Shown here: positions 13,380 through 25,005 of the stretch, one piece after another
Position numbering within the stretch: position 1 is the stretch's first letter
How the letters are laid out: every line of letters begins with the position of its first letter
From: Podarcis vaucheri
Lineage: Eukaryota
DNA length: 64,000 nucleotides
Assembly: GCA_965113315.1 (NCBI GenBank)
Contig: OZ220363.1
Direction: 5' to 3' (one strand)
Position numbers and translations under genes: made by a program
The notes under the pieces: generated by a model
Seen by the model: the letters and a program-made list of their open reading frames with translations, nothing else
What the model was told of the DNA's origin: nothing
The model's database searches: none

Positions 13380-14324
13380 TCTTCTACAAAAAAGGGGTTC
13401 ACTGTAGCCCAGCCCCTGTGAGACCTTCCCAGAGCGGGGTGGGCACAATGGTAGTAAGAGACTGCATCCCTGGCCTCCTTCATTAAAGATGCTCCATAGC
13501 CCAGCAGGCTCAAGTCTAGTGGGGTGCCATTATTTCCCTGAGCCCTCCTCCATCCCACACAACTCAGGGGCAAAGGTCCCTTCCCAGTGAGCTTGTGCTG
13601 TCCAGACTTCGTGCAGATAAGGACGCTGCCTTGCGTAAAGCTGAGCATGTAGTCTTCTGCCCACAGACACCTTCTTGGATTTGAGGGAAAGCAAGGCCTA
13701 GATTGGGCCTCCTCCTTCCAAAGCTGCCTCATTTTAGTGTGTGTGGTCCATGGGTGAGCAGCACAAGCCTCTAGAGAAGCTGGCCAGGGAGCAGACAAGT
13801 TAGTGCTCTGCCCCAGGCCCCTGGAAACAGGAGTGTGCAAACAGGGGCAAGAAGACATGGACACATGGAAGAAACAGAGAGCACCACACATTGGCCACAG
13901 TTCAGGCCAGACAGAAATGGATGCCGGCACGGGGATTAAACACCATCAGCACCTAGAGGTGTAACGCCTGGGTACAGGCACAGTGCCCACCACTGAGATT
14001 ATATGCCCTAGAGTGGATCACATGGAGACTCGATTGTACAGAGAGGCTTCCTGCCCACGCACTAAGGAGATGCCACAGATTGGTTCAGCTCACGCAGCTA
14101 AGGGCAGCCCAGAACTACTCTCCCACCCACAGTGGCTCACTCCTCCAGCTGCAGCCAGGCCCTGTGGGTCCAGGTGAGTCTCGGCGCTGGCCATCCAGTG
14201 GGTGGGGGCAGGAGCCAAGCCTTGCCAGTCTGGTTTGTTCAGTCAACGCTGGGAGCAGAGGCAACTGCCCAAGTTGTCTGGCTAGAGCGGCCCAGGGGCC
14301 AAGCAGTACCTTAGCTCACTCCCC
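13355..14324 (-). other. SPEG: Alternative terminal exon of short isoforms (APEG-1/BPEG type): coding 14311-14324 (GGVS*) plus 3'UTR; 3' end approximate
   Basis: Branch-like cACTAAC, pyrimidine tract, gtacag|GGGGAGTGAGCTAAGG resembling the remembered human GCGAGTGAGCTCAGG, and AATAAA about 950 nt downstream. Confidence 0.75.
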
Positions 14325-16813
14325 CTGTACAGACAAAAACACAGTCAGCAAGCAAAGGGTTAGTGTAGCATGGTGGACACAGAGGCAAAGCACAGACAAA
14401 TTCATACATGCCTGGTCAAAGCAAAGGGTTTGCCTGGCAGATACACAGATGTAGACACTGTCTGGCAAAGCAAAAGAGCAAGCACAGTGCATTTACACAC
14501 AGACACACACTCCCATTTGCCTGACAGTGTCCCCTTCTTCCCAAGCCAACCAGTCCAACACTTAAGCCAGGCAGAACCCATTATAGGAAGTGTCAGACTC
14601 TTCTTCCTATCTAGGTAAAACATGCCACCTGGGAACATTCTGCAGATCCAGTGATCCTAGGAACAGACCCTGCAAGTCCTGTTCACTCAGGACCTGAAAA
14701 CAGCCCTGCCTCTATTTCCCTAAAAGGTGATGCAATAGGCCAATCAGAGGGATTTGCATTCAGAACAAGGAGGCAGCAAGAGAGGCTGATCAAAGTGGAA
14801 AGGGCACCTTTTAAATGGGTATAGGGGAAAGAACCAAAAGTCCCGCCAGACTGAGGTGAGCCAATACTAGCATATGCCCTCAGCTATCAGTGACAGAGAA
14901 AAATACAGTGCTGGTTCCTTCCAGCCTGCTCCAGTTCCTCCCTACACAAATCCCACTCAGGCCCATATTAGGCATTATGGGGTCAGGTAACAGAGGCTGA
15001 GAAGGGAGCCTCTCCTTTTACTAGATGTAACCAGCATGGGGATAGCATCCCATTTAGGCTCACAGGCACTTTAAAGAGATGCCCATGTGGACAGGAGCTG
15101 GTTGCTCCAGTGCCAGTCCTACCATTAAGCAAAGCGAGGCAGCTACGTCAGGCAGGAAATGCTGGGGTGGCAACAGCCCCACTACAACCATTCTGCCCGA
15201 GTCCTATCAACTAGCCTGCTCTGCGCCCTGTAAAGCAACCTGCAGCCCTCAGGTACAGTGCAGGATGCTGCCCCGGCATCAGTACTGAAGAAGTAATTTT
15301 ACTGTAAGTGGTCAGATTCTGTACATGGAATGGGGAGGCACATCCTGCCTTTTGTCTCAGGCAGCAAAATGCCTGGGGTTGCTCCTTCACCTGGTGGTAG
15401 TGACAATGCCTGGCGCATTGCCCCATCTGCACTATACATTTAAAGCAGTATCATAACACTTAAGCTTTAGCTTCCCTAAATAAAATCCCGGGAAGTGTCA
15501 TTTATTAAGGGTGCTCAGAGTTGTTACCTCTATTCCCTTCACAAAGCAACAGTTCCCAGAGTGGCTTAACAATTGAGCCCTCTTCCTGGCAAACTCTGGG
15601 AATAGTAGCTCTCTTGAGGAGAGTAAGAGTTTCCTAATACCTCGCAACAACCTTGACAAACTACAGTTCCCAGGATACTCTGAGGGAAGCCATGGCTGTT
15701 TAAAGTGTTTTGAATGTATAATGCAGATGGGCCCCAGTTTCTGCTGGAAATGAACTGGAAAGGTGGCAGACCGCCACTGGGACCCAGTTCTGGGTACCAC
15801 AGGGTGGGGGGAAAGGCAGAACCAAACCAAGAAGAAAAAAGCATAGTAGGATTGAGGGGTCAGGGAGGAGTATACTGAGAGCTGGCGGTAAAACTTGCTC
15901 TGCTCATTGCCCCAATGATTAGCGTGGAAGCCACTGGCAGAGACAGAGGCTGTCTTTATGGGAATGTGGGAGCAGTGCATTGGTATACACAGCCATCAGG
16001 CCCCCTCAGTGGGCTATCTCTCTCGTCTCTTTCCTTTCTGAGCAGAGGCTCAGCAGCTGCCACTGTTTCAGCTCAAGGTGGGACGGGGGAGGATTGGGAG
16101 AACACAGGCAGTTGGTGCTCGGTTGCTAAGCAACAGCTGAATGCTCCTCTTCCCATCTGGAACAGGCCTCCAAAGGGTCTCAAGGCACTTGCGCTTGCCA
16201 TGCTCAGAAGAAGGCAGCTACCTAGGGAGGGCTCCCCAGGAGAACAAGCCTAGCCTAGTGCAGGGACGGTCCAACTTTTCCTACCTACTTCAATACGGAA
16301 CCTGCGGGCCGCACGCTGCCTTGTTGTGCCAAGGTGGGGGAGAGCGAGAGGCCAAAATTTGACACCTCACCCCGCAACCTCATGCTGCCTGGGCTTTGGG
16401 AAGGAGGCGCAAGGCTTTGGGCAGTCTCCTAAGGCCCTTCCAGCTTCTTCTCAGAGCTGAGAAAGTGCTAACTTTCTGACCCTGTCAGAGCCCTCACACT
16501 TCCTTCCCAAAGCCCAGAGCCTTTGGGAAGGCAGTGCAAGGGCTGGAAGGGTGAGAGGGTGTCAAATGTTGCTGAGGATTGCCCAAAAACGGCCTTGTGT
16601 TGGACTGCCCTAGTGGCTAGTGGCTCAGAGCATGCCCACAGAGCTGAAGAGTAGTGAAGTGGGGGGCCCACTTAGCCCTTTCCTCTTTGTTTATTCACAC
16701 ACACTGTCGCCACCCACAGCTTTCCCACCCATGGGCGGGTGAAATTTTGAGTGTACAAATAAATGGAATGGAGAAAAATGAAGAAGCATCCCCTTCCTGT
16801 TGCTGTTCTTACT

Positions 16814-17198
16814 AGGGTGCTTTCAGATGACTGGTGCTAATTAGCATTCACCCTCATTTGTTTACAGGAAGATTAGAGGATGTTGGCTATTTAATGAACA
16901 TTCATCCTGATTTGTTTGTGGGAGGTTAAATGATGTTGCATCATTTAAGCAAGTGTTACCCTATACTACCCAGTGTGCTTTCCCATCACTTTCCTTATTG
17001 GAAAGAGTCCTATCTTTGGGGGGTGTAGAGACCTCCCAACCAACTATAATTGTGCAACCTGAATTTCCCAGTATGTGATTGAATCCCACCCAAAAATAGA
17101 CTGGGAGCACTCCTAATCCCAGCATCAAAGGCTGATCTCAATCCCAGCATCATAAGCATCCACTATCCCAAAACGAAGTATCTCATCTAGCTTGGCCC
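16814..17198. repeat. Dispersed repeat, homologous to about 53490-53780
   Basis: Shared blocks catcctgatttgtttg, ggaggtta, caacta.aattgtgcaacctg.attt.cca..atgtgattgaa. Confidence 0.65.
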
Positions 17199-18246
17199 CA
17201 TTCCCTCCTTCCAGGGGTCCCCAGTTCTAAGGAGGCAGGTAAAATTCCCAGGATTCTCTAATGAAAGTCATGAATAGTGACAGTCCAAAACATTTTGGTG
17301 CCTGAGGCAGGAAATCCAAATCTATTGATTAATTAATTTGTTGCTTTTTAACATTACTTAAGAGCTGCTACCAGAGGTGGCACACCTCACCCTATCCATG
17401 CCACTTAAAATGAAAGGAAAACCAATATAAGCTTGTAGCATAGAATAATGGTTTAGCTTACTGTTGATTTTAATTAGTTTTAAATGTTTTCTAAGTACCT
17501 GTTTAACTGTCTTTTATTTATACTTTTAATGTTTCTTTTTTTTTTTTTTTTGGTCAAACAGCTTTGTAGTTTTATTACTATAAAGCTGTATGTAAGTTTT
17601 GCTAAATAAAATAAATAAATAGCCAAGTCCCCAGTTCTAATCTGCCTTTTACTACACTGATCTGCAGGCCCTCAGCAAGCCACTATCTTCTTAACCTCAA
17701 GCCCACTTTGGCAACACGGGTATAATATAGCTACCATACAAATCTGCTGTAAGGATTTCGGAAATGCTTTCAACATTCAAAGAGTGTTAAAGATATCCTA
17801 AGTAGTATTTATGTTCAGGAACTCATGATACCTTCTTGCTTTCAGCTGAACCTCTCTCCTCTCCTTGCCCCATTTACCATAGTAGTCCACAGAAATCTGA
17901 TTGCTTGTGCCTCTTGATAATCTGCTGTTAGGCTGAAGTTCTAAACTGGAGCTCTAAATTTCTTAAGACTCATGATGAAAAAAGGGCAAAATTAAGTCAA
18001 GGGCTGTCATGAATTCTAGGGGCAGAAGACAGAGTTACAATACAACCAGAAACAAGCAGCCATGGAGCCACAGGCTACTTGTGGGCAGAGGATTCATATA
18101 GGTCACAGGATGTTGGGGGGGGGGGAGTCAGAAGCATGCTTAGATGAGTGAGTAAACCAAGGAAATAGGCATGCAAGCAGGATATTCTGGGGACAGCCCA
18201 TGGCAGGCAAGCATTAATCTTCATGCTCTGTGGCTTCCAAAGGTAC

Positions 18247-18422
18247 CTTGTACATCAAGCTTGGCCTCACACTGCTTGGTGCCATACTCATTGATGGCCT
18301 TGCAGGCATAATAGCCAGCATCAGTGCACTCCACCATGCGGATATGTAGGCAGAAAGATCCATCGTCCTCCTCCACAGCAGAAATGTGCCGCCCATACTT
18401 TATTGGATGCCTGTTCTTCAAC
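18247..18422 (-). CDS. SPEG: SPEG exon 9 equivalent (LKNRHPI...DAGYYACKAINEYGTKQCEAKLDVQ)
   Basis: ttctag|G..CAAG|gtacct, 176 nt, phase 2-1. Confidence 0.95.
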
Positions 18423-19060
18423 CTAGAAGAGGACAGAGGAGAGGGTCTGAGAGCCTGCAGTGCTTGCAACTCCATCCAACTTCACAAAATGCTTCTTCTG
18501 TCATCTCATCTCACCATCCCTCCTCCAAAGCAGCATGCCTCAGGAAGAGGCTACATACTTCATTCTGCACTGGCCTTCCCACAACCTTGTTGCTACTACA
18601 AACATAGCTTTTGGTACAATATAGGCAAGGCAGTTCAAGCCATAAGATCAGAGATCCTTTTTTTTTTTTGCCATTACATCCAGGCCTATCAGTCTCAGGT
18701 CTGATTCTTGATACATTCTGGAAGGCCGAGGACCTGCTTTCTTTTTGCCATCCCACCACTTACATACAAAACAAACCATTCTCAGGTTGGAAGGGTCTTG
18801 TGACATTTGGAAAGCAGCCTTGTCTGTTTAATATTTTGCCAGTCTACATATCACACAGTTGTTAGTCAGTTGTGGAGTACTGAAGGCCAGACAGGAAAAA
18901 ATAAAATAAACCCAACACTCTTCTTGATGTACGCAAGTTCCCTTACTGGTTGCCTGAGAGAGATTCTTATTTTGCAAAACTGGGAAAGCTTCGCCACCCA
19001 TATCATCCCAGGACAACATGGCTACTTGTGAAGTTATGCTGTATCATAAAACCCACTCAC

Positions 19061-19149
19061 CAGTGCACAATGGGCTTTGGCTCTCCCTGTACCCGAATGC
19101 GCAGGACCACATCCTGCCCCTCCAGTACTTCCTGGTCACTCAGTGTCAC
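19061..19149 (-). CDS. SPEG: SPEG exon 8 equivalent ([30 protein letters not shown])
   Basis: ttgcag|GTG..TG|gtgagt, 89 nt, phase 0-2. Confidence 0.96.
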
Positions 19150-19453
19150 CTGCAAGAGAGAGTGTCAGGATCATGCCAACTGCAAAGGGAGATGGGAAGC
19201 AAGTTCTCTTTAAGGCAGGGGGCAGGGATAAGCAGAGTGCAGGGCAAGCTCTGCTAGGTGCAATACCTTCAGTGGAGTAAAAGCTGGAATTTACTTTTTG
19301 CCTCAGATGTCTGAGCATGTCAAAAGCCCAGGGCTCCCAACCCCAATCCAAGGGAGTGCCGGTTTATAACCTGAATCCTCATTCAAGTATGCAAAAGCCA
19401 TAGGTTACTTTCCACTGTCATGCCCTCCTGCGCTAGTCTCACCACCTGCTCAC

Positions 19454-19662
19454 CTCAAAGGATGGGGCTGCCTTGAAGTTGATGCCCACATGCACCGGGG
19501 GTGGGCCAATCTCAGATCGGGGTTGCACTTTCATGACAGGGTGGTGCCGCGGGGTGCCAGACTCAGGGAACTCTTCCAAGGGGCTCAGGTACTCTTCATC
19601 TGATGTGACAGGGCTGCTGAGCTCGTGATGGGGTACCAATCGGCTGTGGGACTCTGCGGGAG
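19454..19662 (-). CDS. SPEG: SPEG exon 7 equivalent (SSPVTSDEEYLSPLEEFPE...MKVQP...KAAPSFE); contains the APEG-1/SPEG-alpha-type start ATG at 19532-19534
   Basis: gtctag|CT..GAG|gtgagc, 209 nt, phase 1-0. Alternative in-frame acceptor at 19653. Confidence 0.93.
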
Positions 19663-22326
19663 CTAGACAGGCAGAAGAGGGTTAGGGCATGGCTTGTGCA
19701 CAGCACATTGAAGCAGCACAGCTCTCCAGCTCAAGGGGGAAAGCAGCACCAGGACATAGCCACCCACCTAGCAGCCAGGGCTCATATACAGGGATTTTAG
19801 TTGACGGTTTAGCCACAAGCACAGAGTAAATGATATAATCTAGCTTTCTACATGATAGCCCCGTGCACTTACAGTGTATTCTAAGGGATGAGGTTTCCAT
19901 TTGCTTTTGTTTTTTAAAAAAATAGCACATGAAGAGGGGGCACATACAAAAAGTAATAACACAAATTGACCATTGGAATACATTGGTTCCTTCAAAATAG
20001 TAATAGAAATCCATTGCAGCAGGAAATGTTTGGTTGCTTATGCTATCTTTAGATACTCTTACTGGGGCATTATGGCTACCAGCTTCCTAGCAGGCTCCAT
20101 CCCACTCTGCTGATGTGGGATGTAACACATTGTCAACTCTTCATACATGATTTTCATCATTCAAACATTACTAGAGCAGCCCCAGATGGAAACTTGGGGA
20201 AGTGGCAAGCATATAATGTAACAGTGGCCCTGGCCCTGAAACAAAAACACTGACCCTAAGGGTGTGCGATGGTTAGAGTGTTTTCATTCTTTGCTTTCCC
20301 CTGTTCCTTCTTATGTATGCAAGTTTCCAGTTTCCTGCCCCTACCTAAGCCAACTAACACCCCATTAGTTATTTCCATCCTTCCTCTTGACTGTTCCACT
20401 ATGCCCTATTTTGCAATTAGGACACTGCACTTAGCCTAGCATGAACATTGTTATCTCAAACAGACCTTTGCTGCTTCTGTGGAATGGAGCCTAGAGGCTG
20501 ATTTAGAGCAGAACCACACAATCAGAAACATCACATGGTATACAGCCCTCCTAGGCCCGTATCATTCAAAATGCAGTTGAAGGATCACATGTTTGAATGC
20601 TACCCGTTTAATTAAATTAACTATCTTTGTAAGTAGAAAAGTAAGAGAGACTAAGTCAGAACCCTCCTTCTTCCTGACATACTTTCCACAGACATGGAGG
20701 TTGTTTTGTTTTTTTCTTTTAATGACAAACATGTGAACTTCCCTCCTCCTGCATTCTGAAGAGGCAGGACTGTACCATGTGACATTTCTGAATTATGTTT
20801 GTCTTCATAACTGAGATGGTAAAATCCTTCTGCAAGGATTTTATCAATTCAGTTTTCTATGGAGAGGCTTGTATCCAAACCCACCCCCATATGACAACTA
20901 TCAGTTCAAGAAAGAATGTTAGTTTTCAGATATTCAGCAGCCATGAAGCTCACCTTGGGCAAGTCATTATCTCTCAAGTCTTACCTACCCCAAAGGGTCA
21001 TTGTGAGGACAAAACAAAATAAAATTGGGGCTGAGGGGAGACCATTATGTTTTCCTGAAATCCTTGGAGGAGGAGTGAGATTAAAGTGTATTAACAAATA
21101 AATAAACGTAGTAATGACCTACAATTCTTTGACTAATTTTCATGCATTTGTGTATAATGGGGCCCTTTCAGAGAAACAGCTCTTTGTGGAAATCTGTTGT
21201 GGCAAAGTCATGAGGTGAAAAGTTTGGCACCTCAAATATGCATATATGAATCTGCACAAACAACATCTCTATTAGTGTGTAATTTGCATAGTGCATTGTT
21301 TAGAATAAATAAATGTAAATAATTTGATCATCTGGGTTGTGAAACTCTTCTTGCAGTTAGGCTTCAGTCTATATTCAATCCTCTTACCCAGAAAGAGGCA
21401 GAGTGAAGAAACAGAAACAACAAGTCATTTTCTCAGTACTGCTTTAGAAGCTATCAAATCCAACACTGCCTGTAACCCTGCCAAGTCCCATGGGCATACA
21501 GGGAAGCCCACTGCTGATATATATCTATGCCATCTCCATCTGGTAAAAAGAAAGACTTTAAACAGTCATGAATCAGGCAACTCCAATCATGGGCGCCAGT
21601 ACTCTTTTTCTTGTTGGCAGCATCGTTCCTGGCTTGCTCTCCCTGAAAGGGGCAAGGTGACATTAGTAGCTGGGACAACTACAACTTGCAGTGTATGCAT
21701 TGTGAGAAGAGCAGGCCTGAGTAAGAATGGGTGGGGTGTTTACAAGAAAATCTACAGAGACAGGATAGGTTTCTTAGCCCTTTGAACAAAATAGGAGAAA
21801 GAAGCAGAGGTGTGTTCGATCCAGACAAAAGGGTGAGTCTTTCAAAGCCTTCCATCATGCTCTGCTGCAGGCAGGGAAAGATTATCTTGTGTGGATGGGA
21901 ATGGCCTGCCTTGTAGTTCCTTGCTTCCCCCTATCCCCAAAGACAAGGTAAAACACCTTAGTATAAGGGTCTCTCTCACCTCCAAGTTTCTGGACAACAA
22001 GGTAAGAGGCCTAGAGAGAATTTGAGGCTGGCTTTCCCTTCTGCAGCCCCATTGCTTTGGGAGGTTATAGCCCAATAAATTCTCAGCCCCCAGAGGGGCA
22101 CCCAAAGCAGAATCCCATTTCTTCCTACCTATAGGGCAGATGTGGTGAAGTTGGAGGGTCCTCGTCCCTTCACACCATTCAGTTGTACAAACAAAGGGTT
22201 AATGGGAGCAAGAGACACTCTCCCTTCTCCGCTTCACCCATCTCTGTTCCTCTCAAAACGCCCACCTAGGAGTTGAAAAGTTGCGTTCCCTCTCCCTGCC
22301 GAGTTCCCAGTTCCAAACCCACTAAA

Positions 22327-22414
22327 GCTGCAATCCTATACACACTTACCTGGGTTTAAGTTCCATTGAACGCAGCGGGACTTACTTCCGAGTAAACATG
22401 CATAGGATTGCAGC
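22327..22414. mobile_element. 88-bp palindromic MITE-like element
   Basis: Perfect 13-bp inverted termini gctgcaatcctat / ataggattgcagc. Confidence 0.7.
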
Positions 22415-22419
22415 GCAAG

Positions 22420-22990
22420 AACGCAGGGAACAAACGGCGCGCCCCTCCCGAGCCTGCAATCGGCGCGGCAAAGAGGATCCTACAGCCATTTCCCGAGGAT
22501 GATCTCTCTCTCTCAATCCCCGATTCGTTTCAAACACAGCGTCCGACACGGAGGAGATGAGTGGGCAAACGGATCCTCAACGGAGGCGCTATAGGCCGGA
22601 CAGAATCCAGGAGCCTCTTCGGAACCGCCTTCCCTTGAGCCACAGCCGAGGAAGGCATCTGCGCTCCAGACAGACGCCGACCCCAGCCCCTCCAGGGCTC
22701 ACATTTCAGATCAACAGACGGGCGACCTCATTTGCATCCTTTCGGATAATTCATTTGCACGTGCCCAGGAACGCTTGCAAACTGCAGGCGCCGCTGACAC
22801 GGGTTTCCCTGCGGAGTTTGTGGTCCGGAACACGGATCAGGAATCGGAGTCGGTCCGCCAGCCAGCTCGACCTCCCCCGCCGCCACCTCGTGGGGTTGGT
22901 GCTGAGAGCCCAGCAGCCCAGGCCGTCTCTCCCTTCTTCCCCGCATTCAAGACTGCTGCTGGCTGTTTGTCAGCCAGGCTGGCCTAAACC
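22420..22990. promoter_or_regulatory. Intragenic CpG-rich patch in intron 6, candidate internal promoter/non-coding first exon (APEG-1/SPEG-alpha type)
   Basis: Non-coding CpG enrichment against a CpG-depleted background. Octamer ATTTGCAT 22730-22737, CACGTG 22758-22763, candidate minus-strand donor |gtgagc near 22702. Confidence 0.5.
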
Positions 22991-23303
22991 AAGCCTTGTA
23001 GGGTAAAGGCAGCCTCATCTCTCTTTCAGCAATAGCAGCGGCAGCAGCCTGAGGCACCACAAGGTTGACAGAAAAAGACCTAGCCTAGGATGCTAACTAA
23101 GCCCCAAGGCACGAAACTGCTTCTCCCCAAACTTGGCCTGGGAAGGAATATGACTCTACAACCCTCCCTTGGCCTTCAGGGATTCAGCTGGTCCTCTCTG
23201 GGCTGCCTCCACTGCGTTCATCACACACTTATAATAATATAATAATAATTTATTATTTGTAAACCCCCCCCCCCCATCTGGCTGGCTTTCCCCGGCCACT
23301 TAC

Positions 23304-23486
23304 CTGGCCGCACAGTCAAGATGGCACTGCAGCAGGCCTCGCCCACTTCATTGGTGGCACAAACTGTGTAGAGGCCGGCATCAGCCGCACGGGCACTCCT
23401 GACCAGCAGGGTGTGGCGTTCCCCCTCTGCTTTGATAGGGCGAGTGGTGCTGCTCCGAAAGGGGACGCCATCCTTTCGCCATGACA
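23304..23486 (-). CDS. SPEG: SPEG exon 6 equivalent (VSWRKDG...[26 protein letters not shown]), Ig C-half
   Basis: ccacag|TG..CCAG|gtaagt, 183 nt. Confidence 0.96.
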
Positions 23487-23925
23487 CTGTGGGGAAGGGG
23501 CAAGTGGGTAGGAGATCAGAACATGTGGGGACACTTCTGTACATACAGCACCTCCCCCCATACATGGCACTTCCCACTTTATCCACTGACTGCTGGAACG
23601 GTGTCCTTTTCAGAGAGGAGGGGTGAGGAACCTTTTGCAACCTGAGAGCCACATTCCCTTCTGAGCAACTTTCCAGAGGCCACATGGCAGTGGTGGGCAG
23701 GGCCACAGCCAAACAAATGCATCTCCCCCACTTTGTACAGTAGGCTAGTTTCTACACACATTCACACTCCCCTCTCTGGCCTCCATCCAGATAAGAAGCA
23801 TGATCAGAATTCAAGGACACATTTCAGCCAGGCAAAAACACTTGAAGAGGGTATGCAGCAGGGCCGCTGAGGGTAATGGCCTGGGATGGTGGTTATTTCC
23901 CCTGGGTTATTTCCCAGCCATAATA

Positions 23926-24251
23926 TAGTGGTGCCCCGCAAGATGAATGCCTCGCAAGACGGAAAACTCACTAGACGAAAGAGTTTTCCGTTTTGGAGGT
24001 GCTTCACAAAACGAATCTCCTATGGGCTTGCTTCGCAAGACGAAAATGTCTTGCGAGTTCCTGCAGGTTTTTTTCCTTCCCCCCTTTTTTCTAAGCCGCT
24101 AAGCCGCTTATCAGCTGATCCGATAAGCTGCTAAAAGCCGCTAATAGCGCTAATCCGCTAATCCGTCAATGGGCTTGCTTCGCAAGATGAAAAAACCGCT
24201 AGACGAAGAGACTCACAGAACAGATTCTTTTCGTCTTGCGAAGCACCACTG
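23926..24251. mobile_element. Tc1/mariner-pogo (Tigger-like) MITE
   Basis: TA-flanked TIR (t)agtggtgccccgcaagatgaa / ttcgtcttgcgaagcaccactg, internal repeats of gcaagacg, CpGs still retained. Confidence 0.85.
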
Positions 24252-24861
24252 TACAGGACTACAGTTTGGCAGCACCACAGGTGTTGCTGCTGGAAAACTG
24301 CATCACAGTAAAAGTTATCAACTTTTGAAATAGAACATTCTGGTTCAGGGGTAAGGGTTGAATTATTTGCATGAAAGCAGAGCTAGGCGAAGGGAGGGAA
24401 AGTCTAGCAGGTTTGTTGCCTGCCTATCAAAGGATTGCAGCTAAAAATAAAATAGCATTGCCCTTTGTTTTTCTTGCAACAAAAGCAAAAAACCTGGTTA
24501 GGCCATTCCCCCCCCCCCCAATTCTAGTCAATTGCAACATTACTTGCCAGTCACATTACTTGGTACTATTGGGCAGCTGGAATTGCAACCATTTCTCTCC
24601 CCCAGCCTTGTGTTTTTCCTCCTAGTGTTGCCACCAGGACCACATGGCTCTGGACCATATTCAAAGCAGAATCAAAACCAAATAAAACCAATTATCCCTA
24701 GAGATCTGTGAAAATGAAGACACCTGTGTGATCCAAGAGACAACAGCAAAGGTAGAGTAGATGGCCCCCATCCATCTCCTGGCCCCTCTCACACTGACAT
24801 GCACTGGGCACCCCACAGGTTTGCCTATGCATGCTCATCATCACTCATCCCATGCACTTGC

Positions 24862-25005
24862 CTTCTGGGGAAGGGTTGCCTGTGATGATGCATTTGAACA
24901 GCACTTCTGTTCCAGCTACGACTGTTACATCCTGGATAGGGATCTCAAAGATGGGGCGTTCCAGTGGGTCCTCACCCGCCGAGATGTAGGAATCATCAGA
25001 AGATT
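24862..25005 (-). CDS. SPEG: SPEG exon 5 equivalent ([23 protein letters not shown]...[10 protein letters not shown]), Ig N-half, GC donor
   Basis: gcacag|AA..GAAG|gcaagt, 144 nt, phase 1-1. Absent from the ORF track, translated by hand. Confidence 0.93.

Noticed and set aside
13235-13930. 231-aa minus-strand ORF
   Set aside because: Non-ATG start, lies in the putative 3'UTR and runs across the polyA site; no recognisable homology
18221-18246. Read-through of exon 9 into the intron (GTFGSHRA*) as the short-isoform end
   Set aside because: Possible given the weak gtacct donor, but the exon at 14324 with a clear polyA signal explains short isoforms better, and nearby AATAAA matches fall in AT-rich repeat sequence
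23926-24251. Regularly recurring gcaagacg/ccgctaa units suggestive of a CRISPR-like array
   Set aside because: Irregular, short units inside a TA-flanked MITE in a vertebrate intron; no spacers or cas genes
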